From contig CANQDQ010000002.1 in assembly GCA_947593515.1 (NCBI GenBank), positions 115,471 through 179,470 on the forward strand: DNA of 64,000 nt, in the 5' to 3' direction. Of this stretch, positions 10,498-21,000 are shown piece by piece. The position numbers and the translations under genes were made by a program. Within the stretch, counting starts at the first letter, position 1. Each line of letters starts with the position of its first letter. The notes beneath the pieces are model-generated. The model had not been told where the DNA came from, did not search any database, and saw only the letters and a program-made list of their open reading frames with translations. Source of the stretch: an uncultured Bacteroidales bacterium. GTDB taxonomy: Bacteria > Bacteroidota > Bacteroidia > Bacteroidales > UBA11471.

Positions 10498-13023
10498 ATG
10501 ATTGAGCAAAACGACAGAATTTTGAAAATCGACATCGAGAAAGAGATGAAACAATCGTACATCGATTACTCCATGTCGGTGATTGTAGCCCGGGCATTAC
10601 CCGACGTCCGCGACGGTTTCAAGCCGGTGCATCGCCGAGTGCTTTTCGGAATGAATGAATTGGGAAATACTTCGGACAAACCCTATAAAAAATCCGCGAG
10701 AATCGTAGGCGAAGTGTTGGGTAAGTATCACCCGCACGGCGATTCGTCGGTATATTTCGCCATGGTGCGTATGGGACAGGAGTGGTCGCTGCGCTATCCG
10801 CTTGTCGATGGACAGGGCAACTACGGCTCCGTCGATGGCGACAGCCCCGCTGCTATGCGTTACACCGAAGCCCGCCTCTCGAAAATGGCGGAGGAGATGT
10901 TGCGCGACATCGACAAAGAAACGGTCGATTTCCAAAAGAACTTCGACGATACGCTCGACGAACCGGTGGTGCTGCCTACCCGTATTCCCAACTTGTTGAT
11001 TAACGGGTCGTCGGGTATTGCCGTAGGTATGGCTACCAATATGCCGCCTCACAACCTTTCCGAATCCATCGACGGCATTATCGCCTACATCGACAACCGT
11101 GACATTACCATCGAGGAGCTGATGCACTACATCAAGGCTCCCGATTTCCCCACCGGCGGATATATATACGGTTATAATGGCGTAAAAGAGGCTTACGAAA
11201 CGGGTCGCGGTCGCATCGTGATACGTTCGAAAGCCGAAATAGAAACGGACGGTCCTCACGAAAAAATCGTTGTTTCCGAAATACCTTACGGCATAAACAA
11301 AGCCGAGTTGATAAAGAGCATCGCCGATTTGGTGGAGGATAAGCGCATCGACGGCATTTCCAACATCAACGACGAATCCGACCGCGCCGGCATGCGCATC
11401 GTCATCGACATAAAGAAAGATGCCAATTCGAGCGTCGTGCTCAACAAACTTTATAAAATGACGGCGTTGCAGTCGTCGTTCAGCGTAAACAACATTGCGC
11501 TGGTAAAGGGACGTCCCGTAACGCTCAATCTCAAACAGCTCATCGAGTCGTTTGTGGAACACCGCCACGAAGTGGTGATACGCCGCACCCGCTACGACTT
11601 GAAAAAGGCGGAGGAGCGCGCCCACATTCTCGACGGCTTGATTATCGCCTGCGACCACATCGACGAAGTGGTGCAAATCATTCGTTCGTCGAAAAGCCCG
11701 GAAGAAGCCCGCAACCGCCTTATGGAGCGCTTCTCCCTCTCCGAAGTGCAGGCTACGGCAATCGTCGATATGCGTCTGCGCCAGCTGACCGGTCTGATGC
11801 AGGAAAAGCTGCATGAAGAATACGACGAACTGATGCGGCAAATCAAATATTTCCATGAAATACTTTCCGACGAAAACGTATGTATGCAGGTCGTCAAAGA
11901 CGAGCTGGTGGAGATAAAAGAGAAGTACGGCGACGAACGGAAAACCGAAATCATCTATTCTTCGGAAGAATTCAACGCCGAAGACTTCTATGCCGACGAC
12001 GAAATGATTATCACCATTTCGCACATGGGCTATATCAAACGTACGCCCTTGACCGACTTCCGCGCACAAAACCGAGGCGGAGTAGGGGCGCGCGGCAGCG
12101 ATACGCGCGAAGAAGACTTTATCGAGTACATCTATCCCGCATCGATGCACAACTATATGCTGTTCTTCACCCAGAAAGGGAAATGCTTCTGGCTCAAAGT
12201 CTACGAGATACCCGAAGGGGCGAAAAACTCGAAAGGTCGTGCCATTCAGAACCTGTTGAACATCGACGCCGACGATAAAGTCAATGCCTTTATCCGCATC
12301 AAGCAATTGCAGGATCCGGAGTACAACATGACCCACAATCTGGTGTTCTGTACGAAAAAAGGCGTTATCAAGAAAACCCGCCTCGAAGCCTATTCGCGTC
12401 CTCGTACCAACGGCGTGAACGCTATCACCATACGCGAAGACGACCAAGTGATACAGGTGCGTCTGACTACCGGCGACAGCGAAATCATCATGGCGAACAA
12501 AGAGGGTAGGGCAATCCGTTTCCACGAAACGAAAGTGCGTGAAATGGGTCGCACCGCCACCGGCGTGCGCGGCATGACGCTCGACGAAAATGTGGGCGAT
12601 GAAGTCATCGGCATGATTTGTGTCAATGATCCCGAGAAAGAAACTGTTATGGTCGTGTCGGAGCAGGGCTACGGCAAACGCTCCGAGATAGAGGATTATC
12701 GCGTAACCAACCGCGGCGGAAAAGGTGTGAAAACCTTGAACATCACGCCGAAAACCGGCAAGTTGGTCGCCATAAAGAACGTTACCGACGAAAATGATTT
12801 GGTAATCATCAACAAATCGGGCATCACGCTGCGGCTGAAAGTGGCTGACGTGCGGGTTATGGGACGCGCCACGCAGGGCGTGCGGCTCATCAACCTCGAA
12901 AAGCGTAACGACGAAATAGCATCGGTATGCAAAGTCTTGTCCGATTCGACGGAAGACGCAATGGAAAATACCGAAGGTACGAATGTTACCGGAGAAATAC
13001 CAACTGAAAAACAACAACAATAA
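10498..13023 (+). CDS. gyrA: DNA gyrase subunit A
   Basis: 841 aa. Shows '[17 protein letters not shown]', the QRDR 'HPHGDSSVY' and the catalytic 'AAMRYTE'. Confidence 0.97.
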   Translation: MIEQNDRILKIDIEKEMKQSYIDYSMSVIVARALPDVRDGFKPVHRRVLFGMNELGNTSDKPYKKSARIVGEVLGKYHPHGDSSVYFAMVRMGQEWSLRYPLVDGQGNYGSVDGDSPAAMRYTEARLSKMAEEMLRDIDKETVDFQKNFDDTLDEPVVLPTRIPNLLINGSSGIAVGMATNMPPHNLSESIDGIIAYIDNRDITIEELMHYIKAPDFPTGGYIYGYNGVKEAYETGRGRIVIRSKAEIETDGPHEKIVVSEIPYGINKAELIKSIADLVEDKRIDGISNINDESDRAGMRIVIDIKKDANSSVVLNKLYKMTALQSSFSVNNIALVKGRPVTLNLKQLIESFVEHRHEVVIRRTRYDLKKAEERAHILDGLIIACDHIDEVVQIIRSSKSPEEARNRLMERFSLSEVQATAIVDMRLRQLTGLMQEKLHEEYDELMRQIKYFHEILSDENVCMQVVKDELVEIKEKYGDERKTEIIYSSEEFNAEDFYADDEMIITISHMGYIKRTPLTDFRAQNRGGVGARGSDTREEDFIEYIYPASMHNYMLFFTQKGKCFWLKVYEIPEGAKNSKGRAIQNLLNIDADDKVNAFIRIKQLQDPEYNMTHNLVFCTKKGVIKKTRLEAYSRPRTNGVNAITIREDDQVIQVRLTTGDSEIIMANKEGRAIRFHETKVREMGRTATGVRGMTLDENVGDEVIGMICVNDPEKETVMVVSEQGYGKRSEIEDYRVTNRGGKGVKTLNITPKTGKLVAIKNVTDENDLVIINKSGITLRLKVADVRVMGRATQGVRLINLEKRNDEIASVCKVLSDSTEDAMENTEGTNVTGEIPTEKQQQ

Positions 13024-13039
13024 TTAAAAATAAACGAAG

Positions 13040-14272
13040 ATGAAAAAGATTTTTCTTTTTATTGCCATCGGTCTGATCGGAAGCGGTGCTTTCGCTCAGA
13101 AAAAAAATGTCAATTGGGCGAACAACGAATTGAAACAGGAAAAGCCGAATTACGACGAAGCGCGTGCCCGCTTGAACGAAGCCCGCGAAAATCCCGAATC
13201 GCAGAACGACCCGAAAACGTGGTGGGTGTCGGCAGAAGTGGAAGATGCCATTTATAACCTGAACGACAACAAACGCATTACCAATCAATCGTTTGATGCC
13301 GATGTTATGTACAAAGCGCTGGAAGACGAATACAACTACCTCGAACACGCGCTGTATTTGGATTCCCTGCCGAATGCAAAAGGTAAAGTTGCTCCGAAGT
13401 ATTCAAAAAAAATCATTGACCGGATACAGCAAAGGCATCAAGGATTTTGGGACGCTGCCGTTACTTACTATAAAGATCAGGAATATAAAAAGGCTTGTGA
13501 AATGTGGGAAACCTATTTGGCAATTCCCGAGAAATACGGCATCAGCAAGGAACGTCAGGAAATGATTAATAACGGTATTATAGATAGTTCTTATATTTTC
13601 AGCCGTTATTATGTCGCTTTGGCTGCCTATATATCAAAAGATTACGATTTGGCCATTCCGGCATTGATTAGAGCCAAAGAAATGGACAATTATGACTCAT
13701 TTACCATATATCAATGCTTGGGTGAGTTGTATGGAAACCAGAAAGATACCGCCAATGTGATGGCTATCTCGGAAGAAATTCTCGACCGTTTCGGTATCAA
13801 TAAAGACACCGAGTTCTATCTCCAACAGATGATCAATATCTACATTGCTCTCGGTAAAACAGAAGATGCCATTGCTTATTTGGATAAAGCCATTGCCGCC
13901 AATCCGCGTGCCGAATATTGGAAAGTAAAAGGTCGTTTGTATGAAGAAATAAATAATGAAGATGCTGCAAAGGCTAGCTTTGAAACCGCTTTGGAACTCG
14001 ACCCGAATTTGGCTGACGTATGGGCAGAATTGGGGCGCTTCTATTACAACAAAGCCGTTGAAATAGGGCAGGAGGTCAATAAAATCCAAAATGACGCCGA
14101 ATACAAGAAAGCTCGCGAAGAACGTATCTTCCCGCTCTGCCGCCAGGCATTGACATATTATGAAAAAGCCTATGAACTCGATCCCAACAACCCTGACTGC
14201 ATTTTTGCATTGAAGAGTATATATTATACGTTGGGCGACGAAGAAAAACTAAAATCGTTGGAAGGCAAATAA
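13040..14272 (+). CDS. Tetratricopeptide-repeat (TPR) secreted protein or lipoprotein
   Basis: 410 aa with a signal peptide. It carries repeated TPR-like A/Y/L patterns, for example 'AKASFETALELDPNLADVWAELGRFYY'. Confidence 0.7.
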   Translation: MKKIFLFIAIGLIGSGAFAQKKNVNWANNELKQEKPNYDEARARLNEARENPESQNDPKTWWVSAEVEDAIYNLNDNKRITNQSFDADVMYKALEDEYNYLEHALYLDSLPNAKGKVAPKYSKKIIDRIQQRHQGFWDAAVTYYKDQEYKKACEMWETYLAIPEKYGISKERQEMINNGIIDSSYIFSRYYVALAAYISKDYDLAIPALIRAKEMDNYDSFTIYQCLGELYGNQKDTANVMAISEEILDRFGINKDTEFYLQQMINIYIALGKTEDAIAYLDKAIAANPRAEYWKVKGRLYEEINNEDAAKASFETALELDPNLADVWAELGRFYYNKAVEIGQEVNKIQNDAEYKKAREERIFPLCRQALTYYEKAYELDPNNPDCIFALKSIYYTLGDEEKLKSLEGK

Positions 14273-14298
14273 AAAATTCCGAATTTCGCACAAATGAC

Positions 14299-14330
14299 AA
14301 AAGCCGCTTCATGGAAGCGGCTTTTGTCGT
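14299..14330 (+). terminator. Rho-independent terminator after the TPR gene
   Basis: 12-bp stem aaaagccgcttc/gaagcggctttt with a T-tract. Confidence 0.8.
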
Positions 14331-14501
14331 ATTTCAGTGATTATAAATTATGCTTTGTGCGTCAATTCGTCAAGGAGTGATTTCCATTGTTCCATGATAA
14401 TCTGTTTCTCGAATCGTTTGCTGCTTTCGATGGCGTTTGCTGCCATTTATTACTTAACATAATATTAATTATAGAACACAAGATCGCATCTGAATCTGAA
14501 A

Positions 14502-14993
14502 TTATTTATCCGGAGAATAGGTTTCGAATGTATTGTCGGAATAATATATCATGATTTTTACGACACGACGTTTATTTTCTCGTTGTTGCGAGTCGGAATT
14601 TCCTGTCGATGTATTGCCCGTTTTTGTTTTATCATCAGAAGTTTGTCTTGAATTACTGTCCGTTTTTAACCCCGAATCCTTGCCGTATTTGGTTGCATTC
14701 TCGTCATCTGACCGGAATATTTCATTTTCGGGAAAGAAACTGAGCGGATTTCGAGCCTGTTTTTTGAAAGGTTCGCCTTCGCCATACAGCAGCCAATCGG
14801 TAGACACATCGGGATAGGCTGTATGTATCTTCGATATGATTTCTTTGCTGACACCATTTGTTCCGTTCAAGCATTGCGACAGCGTGGAACGGTTGGTTTG
14901 TATATTTTGGGCAAATGCAGCATCGTTGAGATTGTAGTGGCGTATCAACTGTTTGATGCGTTCTTTCAGGTCGGTGTCCTTATCTTCTGCCAT
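14502..14993 (-). CDS. Helix-turn-helix (XRE-like) DNA-binding protein
   Basis: 163 aa. The N-terminal HTH is 'LNDAAFAQNIQTNRSTLSQCLNG...VSKEIISKIHTAYPDVSTDWLLYGEG'. This is followed by a low-complexity S/T/N/D linker and a short C-terminal tail. The gene is A+T-rich. Confidence 0.75.
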   Translation of the reverse strand: MAEDKDTDLKERIKQLIRHYNLNDAAFAQNIQTNRSTLSQCLNGTNGVSKEIISKIHTAYPDVSTDWLLYGEGEPFKKQARNPLSFFPENEIFRSDDENATKYGKDSGLKTDSNSRQTSDDKTKTGNTSTGNSDSQQRENKRRVVKIMIYYSDNTFETYSPDK

Positions 14994-15040
14994 ACGAATG
15001 TCGATTATTTCGGATTATTTTGCATTTACGCTTGCGTTCG

Positions 15041-15048
15041 CAAATATA
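15041..15048 (-). promoter_or_regulatory. -7 motif TATATTTG (minus strand) upstream of the HTH gene
   Basis: Plus-strand caaatata, 48 nt upstream of the start at 14993. Confidence 0.45.
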
Positions 15049-15651
15049 AATAATAAAATTCAATTTTCAAAATTCATAATTATAAACACGGCAGCTCCAC
15101 AAATAGAAATATTTGTTGTTACAAACGGAAAAGTATTTGCAATTTTACTTCAATATTTACACCTATCGAATTAGTTTATATATTGTTATTTAGCTTACAT
15201 TGCATGAATTTTCTCGGGCGCTTTTCGGTATTTATTTTTATGCAGCGATATTTTGACGGTTGCTATTCGATAAATTCAATAAATACACCTATTTTACTGA
15301 TTTATAATTGGTAATATGGATTAGTCATTGCATTTTGCATATTGTTTTTGAGGCTGTTTGCTTTTAATTACATACTGTTTTGAAATAAGAACAAATGAAT
15401 TTTTGAACATTTGAATTTCACAAGAAAATTTACAGGGCTACAGCGATTTCGTTCATATATGTGAACAAAAAATATTGAAATGACTTAAACTCGTTTTTAT
15501 TCGTTTTGTGCCGTCCAAACGGACATTCAAACGGAAATATGCCGGCCATTTGACGTTAAAATAGCCCATATTAACATTTAATTGAATGGGTTACAGGCGA
15601 TTAAATGGATTTTAAGTCCCCTACTCTTTTTTCTACAATCGGAGAAAACCG

Positions 15652-16680
15652 TTAGTTATGCATGATTTTGTAGAGCAGTTCTTGGAGCAATTCGGCGAAC
15701 GAGGTATCGGGAGCGCACTCCACTCCTTTCGAGCGGGCATCGTAACGTCGTATATTCGAGATGATTTCGACGCATTTTCCTGCCTTGTAAGTTTTCAACC
15801 CTTGCAGATAATCGTCGGCGGCATACCAATTGACGCCCAATTCCGAAGCGATGCCGGCAGCGTTTTTTTGACAGGACGAATAGTGCAGCAAAAGCAGGTT
15901 GGCGAAATAGGAAAACAGCGAACTGAAAGCGATAAAAGGCTGGTCGCTTTTGGTATTGGCATAATATTGCACGATACGTCCGGCGCGGAGCAAATCTCGG
16001 CGCGCCACGGCTTTTATCAGTTCCGTGTTGTTAAATTCCTTGCTGATGCCGATATGCAGCTCCACCGTGTCGGCGGTGATGCGGTTCTGCTCTGCCGCCG
16101 ACAGCAGTACGCCCAATTTGTCGATTTCGCTCGTCAGGCGCGACAGATTTGTTCCGATGGCTTCGCCCAGCATCGAGGCGGCATTATTGTCTATGGTCAA
16201 TTTTTTTTCGCGAACATAATCCGCGATAAACGCCGGTAACTGGCTGTCGTATATGCGTTTCGATTCGAACACCAAGCCGAGCCGGTTGGCTTCGGCAAGG
16301 ATTTTTTTGTTTTTGAACGTACCGCTTTTATGATTCAGCACCAACACGGTAGTCGGCTGCGGATTCTGCATATAGAACAGCAATTCGTCAATGCTGCGCA
16401 TCTGTTGCAGCTCCTTGACTACGACCAGCTGCCGTTGCGCCATCATGGGATAGCGGCGGGCGGCATTGAGTATGGTTGCCATATCGGTGTCGGCGCCGTA
16501 AACGATGGTTTGGTTGAAGTCGCGCTCACTGTCTGCCAGTGCGTTTTTTACGATTTCATCGGTAATCAGGTCGATATAGTAAGGCTCCTCTCCCATAAGC
16601 AGATACACGGGTTTGAACTCCTGCCTGCGTATGTCGGCAATGATCGAGGTATATTCGGCTGTCGGCGACTTTTTTGCCAT
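15652..16680 (-). CDS. holA: DNA polymerase III subunit delta (HolA)
   Basis: 'FKPVYLLMGEEPYYIDLITDEI' is the typical HolA N-terminus. I chose the start at the internal Met (MAKKSPTAEY, cat at 16678-16680), not the 16863 extension that would overlap the divergent gene. Confidence 0.8.
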   Translation of the reverse strand: MAKKSPTAEYTSIIADIRRQEFKPVYLLMGEEPYYIDLITDEIVKNALADSERDFNQTIVYGADTDMATILNAARRYPMMAQRQLVVVKELQQMRSIDELLFYMQNPQPTTVLVLNHKSGTFKNKKILAEANRLGLVFESKRIYDSQLPAFIADYVREKKLTIDNNAASMLGEAIGTNLSRLTSEIDKLGVLLSAAEQNRITADTVELHIGISKEFNNTELIKAVARRDLLRAGRIVQYYANTKSDQPFIAFSSLFSYFANLLLLHYSSCQKNAAGIASELGVNWYAADDYLQGLKTYKAGKCVEIISNIRRYDARSKGVECAPDTSFAELLQELLYKIMHN

Positions 16681-16721
16681 GATTTCGTAAACTGTAATTT
16701 GGCGGATTCCGCCTTTTTGTC

Positions 16722-16729
16722 TAATTTTG
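16722..16729 (+). promoter_or_regulatory. -7 motif TAATTTTG upstream of the HsdR_N-domain gene
   Basis: TAnnTTTG match. Its position argues for the ATG at 16781 rather than 16727. Confidence 0.45.
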
Positions 16730-16780
16730 GAGGTAAAATTAGCGAATCTTATCGGTACGCGCAAATTTCCGACCAAGAGA

Positions 16781-17230
16781 ATGATACCCTTGAATCTGCC
16801 GGCATATCCGTTCCGTCTGAAAGAGCAAGACGGCAAGACCTCGATATTCGATGCCTTGCGCAAGCGTTATGTCGCACTCACGCCCGAAGAATGGGTACGG
16901 CAGCACTTCGTCGCTTATCTGATAAACGAAAAAGGCTATCCGGCAGGTCGTATGGGCAATGAAATTTCGCTGCTGCAAAACGGCCGCAAACGCCGTTGCG
17001 ACACGCTCATCTACGATGCCGAAGGTCGGCCGCTCGTCGTGGTCGAATACAAAGCCCCGCAGGTGGAAATATCGCAAGCGACGTTCGATCAGATTGTCCG
17101 CTACAACTCCGTATTGCAAGTGCGCTACCTGATGGTTACGAATGGACTTTCGCATTACTGTTGCGCCGTCGATTACGAGCAGAGTCGCTGCCGTTTTCTC
17201 TCCGATATACCGGCATACGCCGAGTTGTAA
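16781..17230 (+). CDS. Type I restriction enzyme HsdR N-terminal domain-containing protein (stand-alone PD-(D/E)xK-like)
   Basis: 'EEWVRQHFVAYLINEKGYP...CDTLIYDAEGRPLVVVEYKAP' matches the HsdR_N/Mrr-cat-like pattern (D...E-x-K). Confidence 0.7.
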   Translation: MIPLNLPAYPFRLKEQDGKTSIFDALRKRYVALTPEEWVRQHFVAYLINEKGYPAGRMGNEISLLQNGRKRRCDTLIYDAEGRPLVVVEYKAPQVEISQATFDQIVRYNSVLQVRYLMVTNGLSHYCCAVDYEQSRCRFLSDIPAYAEL

Positions 17231-17299
17231 AAATTTTCTTCTCCGGAAAACATTTTCCGTACCCGCTTGTTTTTAGGGTATATCAATCAATAAATCGTT

Positions 17300-17821
17300 A
17301 TGAAAAAAGTTTTTTTCTGGCTGTTTTCGTTGAGTCTGTTATCGACGGCAGCCGCCGCACAACAACCGATGCGGCAAGATAATCCGCGGCAGAAAGAGAT
17401 GATGAACCCCGTGTGCAACATGACGGTGGCGCAACTTGCCAAGGCGCGCACCGAACACATGACCACGCTGCTGCAACTCTCTGCCGATCAAAGCAAAAAG
17501 ATTCATTCCCTGCTTCTGGCACAAGGGCGTCGGGACAGTATCATTTCCGGCGAAATAAACCGCCTGCGCACCGAGCAGATGAATCAGTATTCCATGCAGA
17601 ACGACGAGATAAAGAAAATACTTACGCCGCAGCAAATCGCCGCGCTGAATGCGCTGCCGGCTATGCAAAACGGCACCGGCGAGATGATGCATGGTAAAAT
17701 GTCGCAATGCTGTCCGAGCGGCAAGATGAAGCCGCACGATGCCCACAAGGCGATGATGATGGCGAAAGAAGACAAGCTCAATTCGCCCCGCGATGTAAAA
17801 ATGAAGCAAAAGTCAAGATAG
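17300..17821 (+). CDS. Secreted hypothetical protein with LTxxQ-like (Spy/CpxP-like) motifs and a Met/His-rich C-terminus
   Basis: 173 aa with a signal peptide 'MKKVFFWLFSLSLLSTAAAAQ'. It contains 'LSADQSKKI' and 'LTPQQIAAL', and ends in 'MMHGKMSQCCPSGKMKPHDAHKAMMMAKE'. Confidence 0.5.
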   Translation: MKKVFFWLFSLSLLSTAAAAQQPMRQDNPRQKEMMNPVCNMTVAQLAKARTEHMTTLLQLSADQSKKIHSLLLAQGRRDSIISGEINRLRTEQMNQYSMQNDEIKKILTPQQIAALNALPAMQNGTGEMMHGKMSQCCPSGKMKPHDAHKAMMMAKEDKLNSPRDVKMKQKSR

Positions 17822-17847
17822 ATAGGTTCTCAATTATGTGTTTCCGG

Positions 17848-17885
17848 TTCCGACGCGACAGTGATGCCGTGTCGGAATTTTTTGT
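17848..17885 (+). terminator. Rho-independent terminator
   Basis: Stem ttccgac/gtcggaa followed by a T-tract (tttttt). Confidence 0.65.
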
Positions 17886-17987
17886 GTATAAACGACTATA
17901 ACTTTCCGGATAACTTACATTTTATTACTTGTAAGGAGAGTATGCAAACTTTATTTTCGTTTTCTATTCCTATTCTTTTTTAATGAT

Positions 17988-17995
17988 TATCTTTG
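17988..17995 (+). promoter_or_regulatory. -7 motif TATCTTTG upstream of radA
   Basis: TAnnTTTG match about 60 nt upstream of the ATG at 18056. Confidence 0.5.
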
Positions 17996-18055
17996 CAGGC
18001 GAAACACGAGCATGTTGTCCGTCAATAGGTGCGGGCGATGTAAGAAACGAACCTT

Positions 18056-19426
18056 ATGGCAAAACTCAAAACCGTCTATGTCTGCACGCAATGCGGCGCC
18101 GAATCGCCGAAGTGGTTAGGAAAATGCCCTTCCTGCGGCGAATGGAACAGCTACGTCGAAGAGGTAGTCAGTGCGAAACCGGCTGCCCCCTCTCCCGTTT
18201 CCGCTTCGGAATACGGACGCAGCAAGCCGTTGCGCCTCAATGAAATACCGGTGTCGCAGGAAGAACGCATCGACCTGCACGATGCCGAATTGAACCGTGT
18301 GCTCGGCGGCGGGCTCGTGCCCGGCTCCATGGTGCTGATAGGCGGCGAGCCCGGCATCGGCAAATCGACGCTGGTGTTGCAGACCGTGCTGCGCCTCACC
18401 GACCGCAAGGTGCTTTATGTTTCGGGCGAAGAGAGTGCGCGCCAGCTCAAAATGCGCGCCGACCGCTTGGGCAAAAACGTCAATCCCGAATGTTTTATCG
18501 TGTGCGAGACCTCTCTCGAAGAGATATTCGTGCATATCCGCAACGTCAATCCCGACCTCGTCATCATCGACTCCATACAGACGATTTCCACGAACCTCGT
18601 CGAGTCGTCGCCCGGCAGCATCACGCAGGTGCGGGAGTGCGCCGCTGCCATACTGAAATTCGCCAAAGAGAGCCATACGCCGGTGCTGCTGATAGGGCAT
18701 ATCAACAAGGAAGGCAGCATAGCCGGACCGAAAGTCTTGGAACACATCGTCGATGCCGTTCTGCAATTCGAGGGCGACCGACACTATATGTACCGCATAT
18801 TACGCTCGATAAAAAACCGTTTCGGCAGCACCGCCGAACTGGGTATTTACGAGATGTTGCAAAACGGGTTGCGCGAAGTGAGCAACCCGTCGGAACTCCT
18901 TTTGACCCAAGACCATGAAGGGTTGAGCGGCGTTGCCATTTCGGCGGCAATCGAAGGCGTGCGCCCCTTCCTTATCGAGGTGCAGTCGCTGGTGAGTACG
19001 GCGGCTTACGGCACGCCGCAGCGGTCTGCTACGGGCTTCGACCTGCGCCGCATGAATATGCTGCTGGCTGTTCTGGAAAAACGGGTCGGCTTCAAGTTGG
19101 CGCAAAAAGATGTCTTTCTCAACATCGCCGGCGGATTGAAGGTGAACGACCCCGCCATGGACTTGGGTGTCATCAGCGCCATACTCTCGTCGAACATGGA
19201 TATGGCTATCGACAAGAGCATCGCCATGACCGGCGAAGTGGGGCTGTCGGGCGAAATTCGCCCCGTAACCCGTATCGAACAACGGGTACTCGAAGCCGCC
19301 AAATTAGGCTTTACGCGAATCCTTATCCCTGCCGGAAATCTTAAAGGGTTCGATACGAAACGCCTGAAAATAGAAATCATACCCGTGAAAAAAGTCGAGG
19401 AGGCTTTTCGACAACTATTCGGATAA
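18056..19426 (+). CDS. radA: DNA repair protein RadA (Sms)
   Basis: 456 aa. Has the N-terminal zinc ribbon 'CTQCG...CPSCGEWNS', Walker A 'GGEPGIGKST', the KNRFG motif and a Lon-like C-terminal domain. Confidence 0.95.
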   Translation: MAKLKTVYVCTQCGAESPKWLGKCPSCGEWNSYVEEVVSAKPAAPSPVSASEYGRSKPLRLNEIPVSQEERIDLHDAELNRVLGGGLVPGSMVLIGGEPGIGKSTLVLQTVLRLTDRKVLYVSGEESARQLKMRADRLGKNVNPECFIVCETSLEEIFVHIRNVNPDLVIIDSIQTISTNLVESSPGSITQVRECAAAILKFAKESHTPVLLIGHINKEGSIAGPKVLEHIVDAVLQFEGDRHYMYRILRSIKNRFGSTAELGIYEMLQNGLREVSNPSELLLTQDHEGLSGVAISAAIEGVRPFLIEVQSLVSTAAYGTPQRSATGFDLRRMNMLLAVLEKRVGFKLAQKDVFLNIAGGLKVNDPAMDLGVISAILSSNMDMAIDKSIAMTGEVGLSGEIRPVTRIEQRVLEAAKLGFTRILIPAGNLKGFDTKRLKIEIIPVKKVEEAFRQLFG

Positions 19427-19428
19427 CC

Positions 19429-21000
19429 ATGATACAGGAACTTACTTTGCGATTGTTGCCGTGTCAGGCGGCATCGGAAACTGCCCTGCGGGAGTTTCTC
19501 GTGCGGGAGTATGCACTCGACCGCAAGGCCATAGAGGCGGTGCGCATACTGAAACGCTCTATCGACGCCCGCAAAAGGCAGGTCATGGTGAATCTGTCGG
19601 TGCGCGTTTACGTGAACGAAAAGCCGCAAGACGATATATATCAACGCATTGAATATCAAAATGTCGCATCGAAACCGGCGGTTGTCGTCGTGGGTGCCGG
19701 TCCTGCCGGACTGTTTGCCGCCCTACGTCTGATCGAATTAGGGTTAAAACCCGTCGTGCTGGAACGGGGACAAGACGTGCATACCCGCCGGAAAGACATC
19801 GCCCGCATCAGTCGGGAACACCTCGTAAACAGCGAATCGAACTACTGTTTCGGTGAAGGCGGAGCCGGCGCGTTTTCCGACGGAAAGCTCTATACCCGCA
19901 GCAAAAAACGCGGTTCGGTGGAGCGCATTTTGAACATTTTGTGCCAACATGGCGCCAGCACCGCTATTTTGTCGGACACCCACCCGCATATCGGCACCGA
20001 CAAACTTCCGGCGGTCATCGAGAATATCCGACACACGATTCTTGCCTCCGGAGGCGAAGTATATTTTGGGGCAAGAGTAGACGAACTTCTATTTGATAAA
20101 GAACGAATTATTGGCGTTAAAATTTGTTGCGGAAAAATCTTCTCGGGTCCGGTGATTCTGGCAACGGGACACTCCGCCCGCGATGTTTACCGCTACCTGC
20201 ACCGTAGCGGCATCGAGCTGGAAGCCAAAGGATTTGCCGTAGGCGTGCGGCTCGAACACCCGCAAGAGCTGATAGACCGCATACAGTACCACAGCCCCGA
20301 CGGTCGCGGCGAGTATCTGCCTGCGGCGGAATACAGCTTCGTTACCCAAGTCGAGGGGCGCGGCGTCTATTCGTTCTGCATGTGTCCGGGCGGTTTTGTC
20401 GTACCGGCAGCCAGTGCTCCCGAGCAGATAGTCGTCAATGGTATGTCTCCCTCGAATCGCGGTTCCAAGTGGGCAAATTCGGGCATGGTGGTCGAAATAC
20501 GACCGGAAGACCTGCCGAATTATGATAAAGATAATGTATTGTCGGGGCTGGAATTTCAAGAAGAATTGGAACATTGCTGCTTTGTGAACGGCAGCCGCCA
20601 AACGGCACCGGCACAGCGCATGACCGATTTCGTGAACCGGAAAAATTCATTCGACCTCCCCGCCTCTTCGTATGCACCCGGAGTGCTTGCCTCGCCGCTC
20701 CACTTTTGGATGCCTGAATTCATCACCGGACGGCTGCGTCAGGGCTTTTTGCATTTCGGCAAGTTGTCGCACGGATTTCTTACCCGAGAAGCGCTGATGA
20801 TAGGTGTGGAAACCCGCACCTCCTCGCCCGTCCGCATTCCGCGCGACGGCGAACAACTGCACCACATTCGTTTGGAAGGGCTTTACCCCTGCGGCGAAGG
20901 TGCCGGATATGCCGGCGGCATCGTTTCGGCGGCTATCGACGGCGAACGCTGCGCCGAAGCATTGGCAGGAAAAATATTCAATAATTACATATCATTATGA
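19429..21000 (+). CDS. NAD(P)/FAD-dependent oxidoreductase (COG2509-like uncharacterised FAD protein)
   Basis: 523 aa. Has the dinucleotide-binding motif 'VVVVGAGPAGLFAALRL'. It starts 2 nt after radA and overlaps cstA by 4 nt. Confidence 0.72.
   Translation: MIQELTLRLLPCQAASETALREFLVREYALDRKAIEAVRILKRSIDARKRQVMVNLSVRVYVNEKPQDDIYQRIEYQNVASKPAVVVVGAGPAGLFAALRLIELGLKPVVLERGQDVHTRRKDIARISREHLVNSESNYCFGEGGAGAFSDGKLYTRSKKRGSVERILNILCQHGASTAILSDTHPHIGTDKLPAVIENIRHTILASGGEVYFGARVDELLFDKERIIGVKICCGKIFSGPVILATGHSARDVYRYLHRSGIELEAKGFAVGVRLEHPQELIDRIQYHSPDGRGEYLPAAEYSFVTQVEGRGVYSFCMCPGGFVVPAASAPEQIVVNGMSPSNRGSKWANSGMVVEIRPEDLPNYDKDNVLSGLEFQEELEHCCFVNGSRQTAPAQRMTDFVNRKNSFDLPASSYAPGVLASPLHFWMPEFITGRLRQGFLHFGKLSHGFLTREALMIGVETRTSSPVRIPRDGEQLHHIRLEGLYPCGEGAGYAGGIVSAAIDGERCAEALAGKIFNNYISL

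Noticed and set aside
10597-13020. 807-aa ORF antisense to gyrA
   Set aside because: It lies entirely within, and opposite to, an unambiguous gyrA gene. The translation is low-complexity, rich in R, F, H, V and G, with no motifs. This is a typical shadow ORF of a G+C-rich, codon-biased gene.
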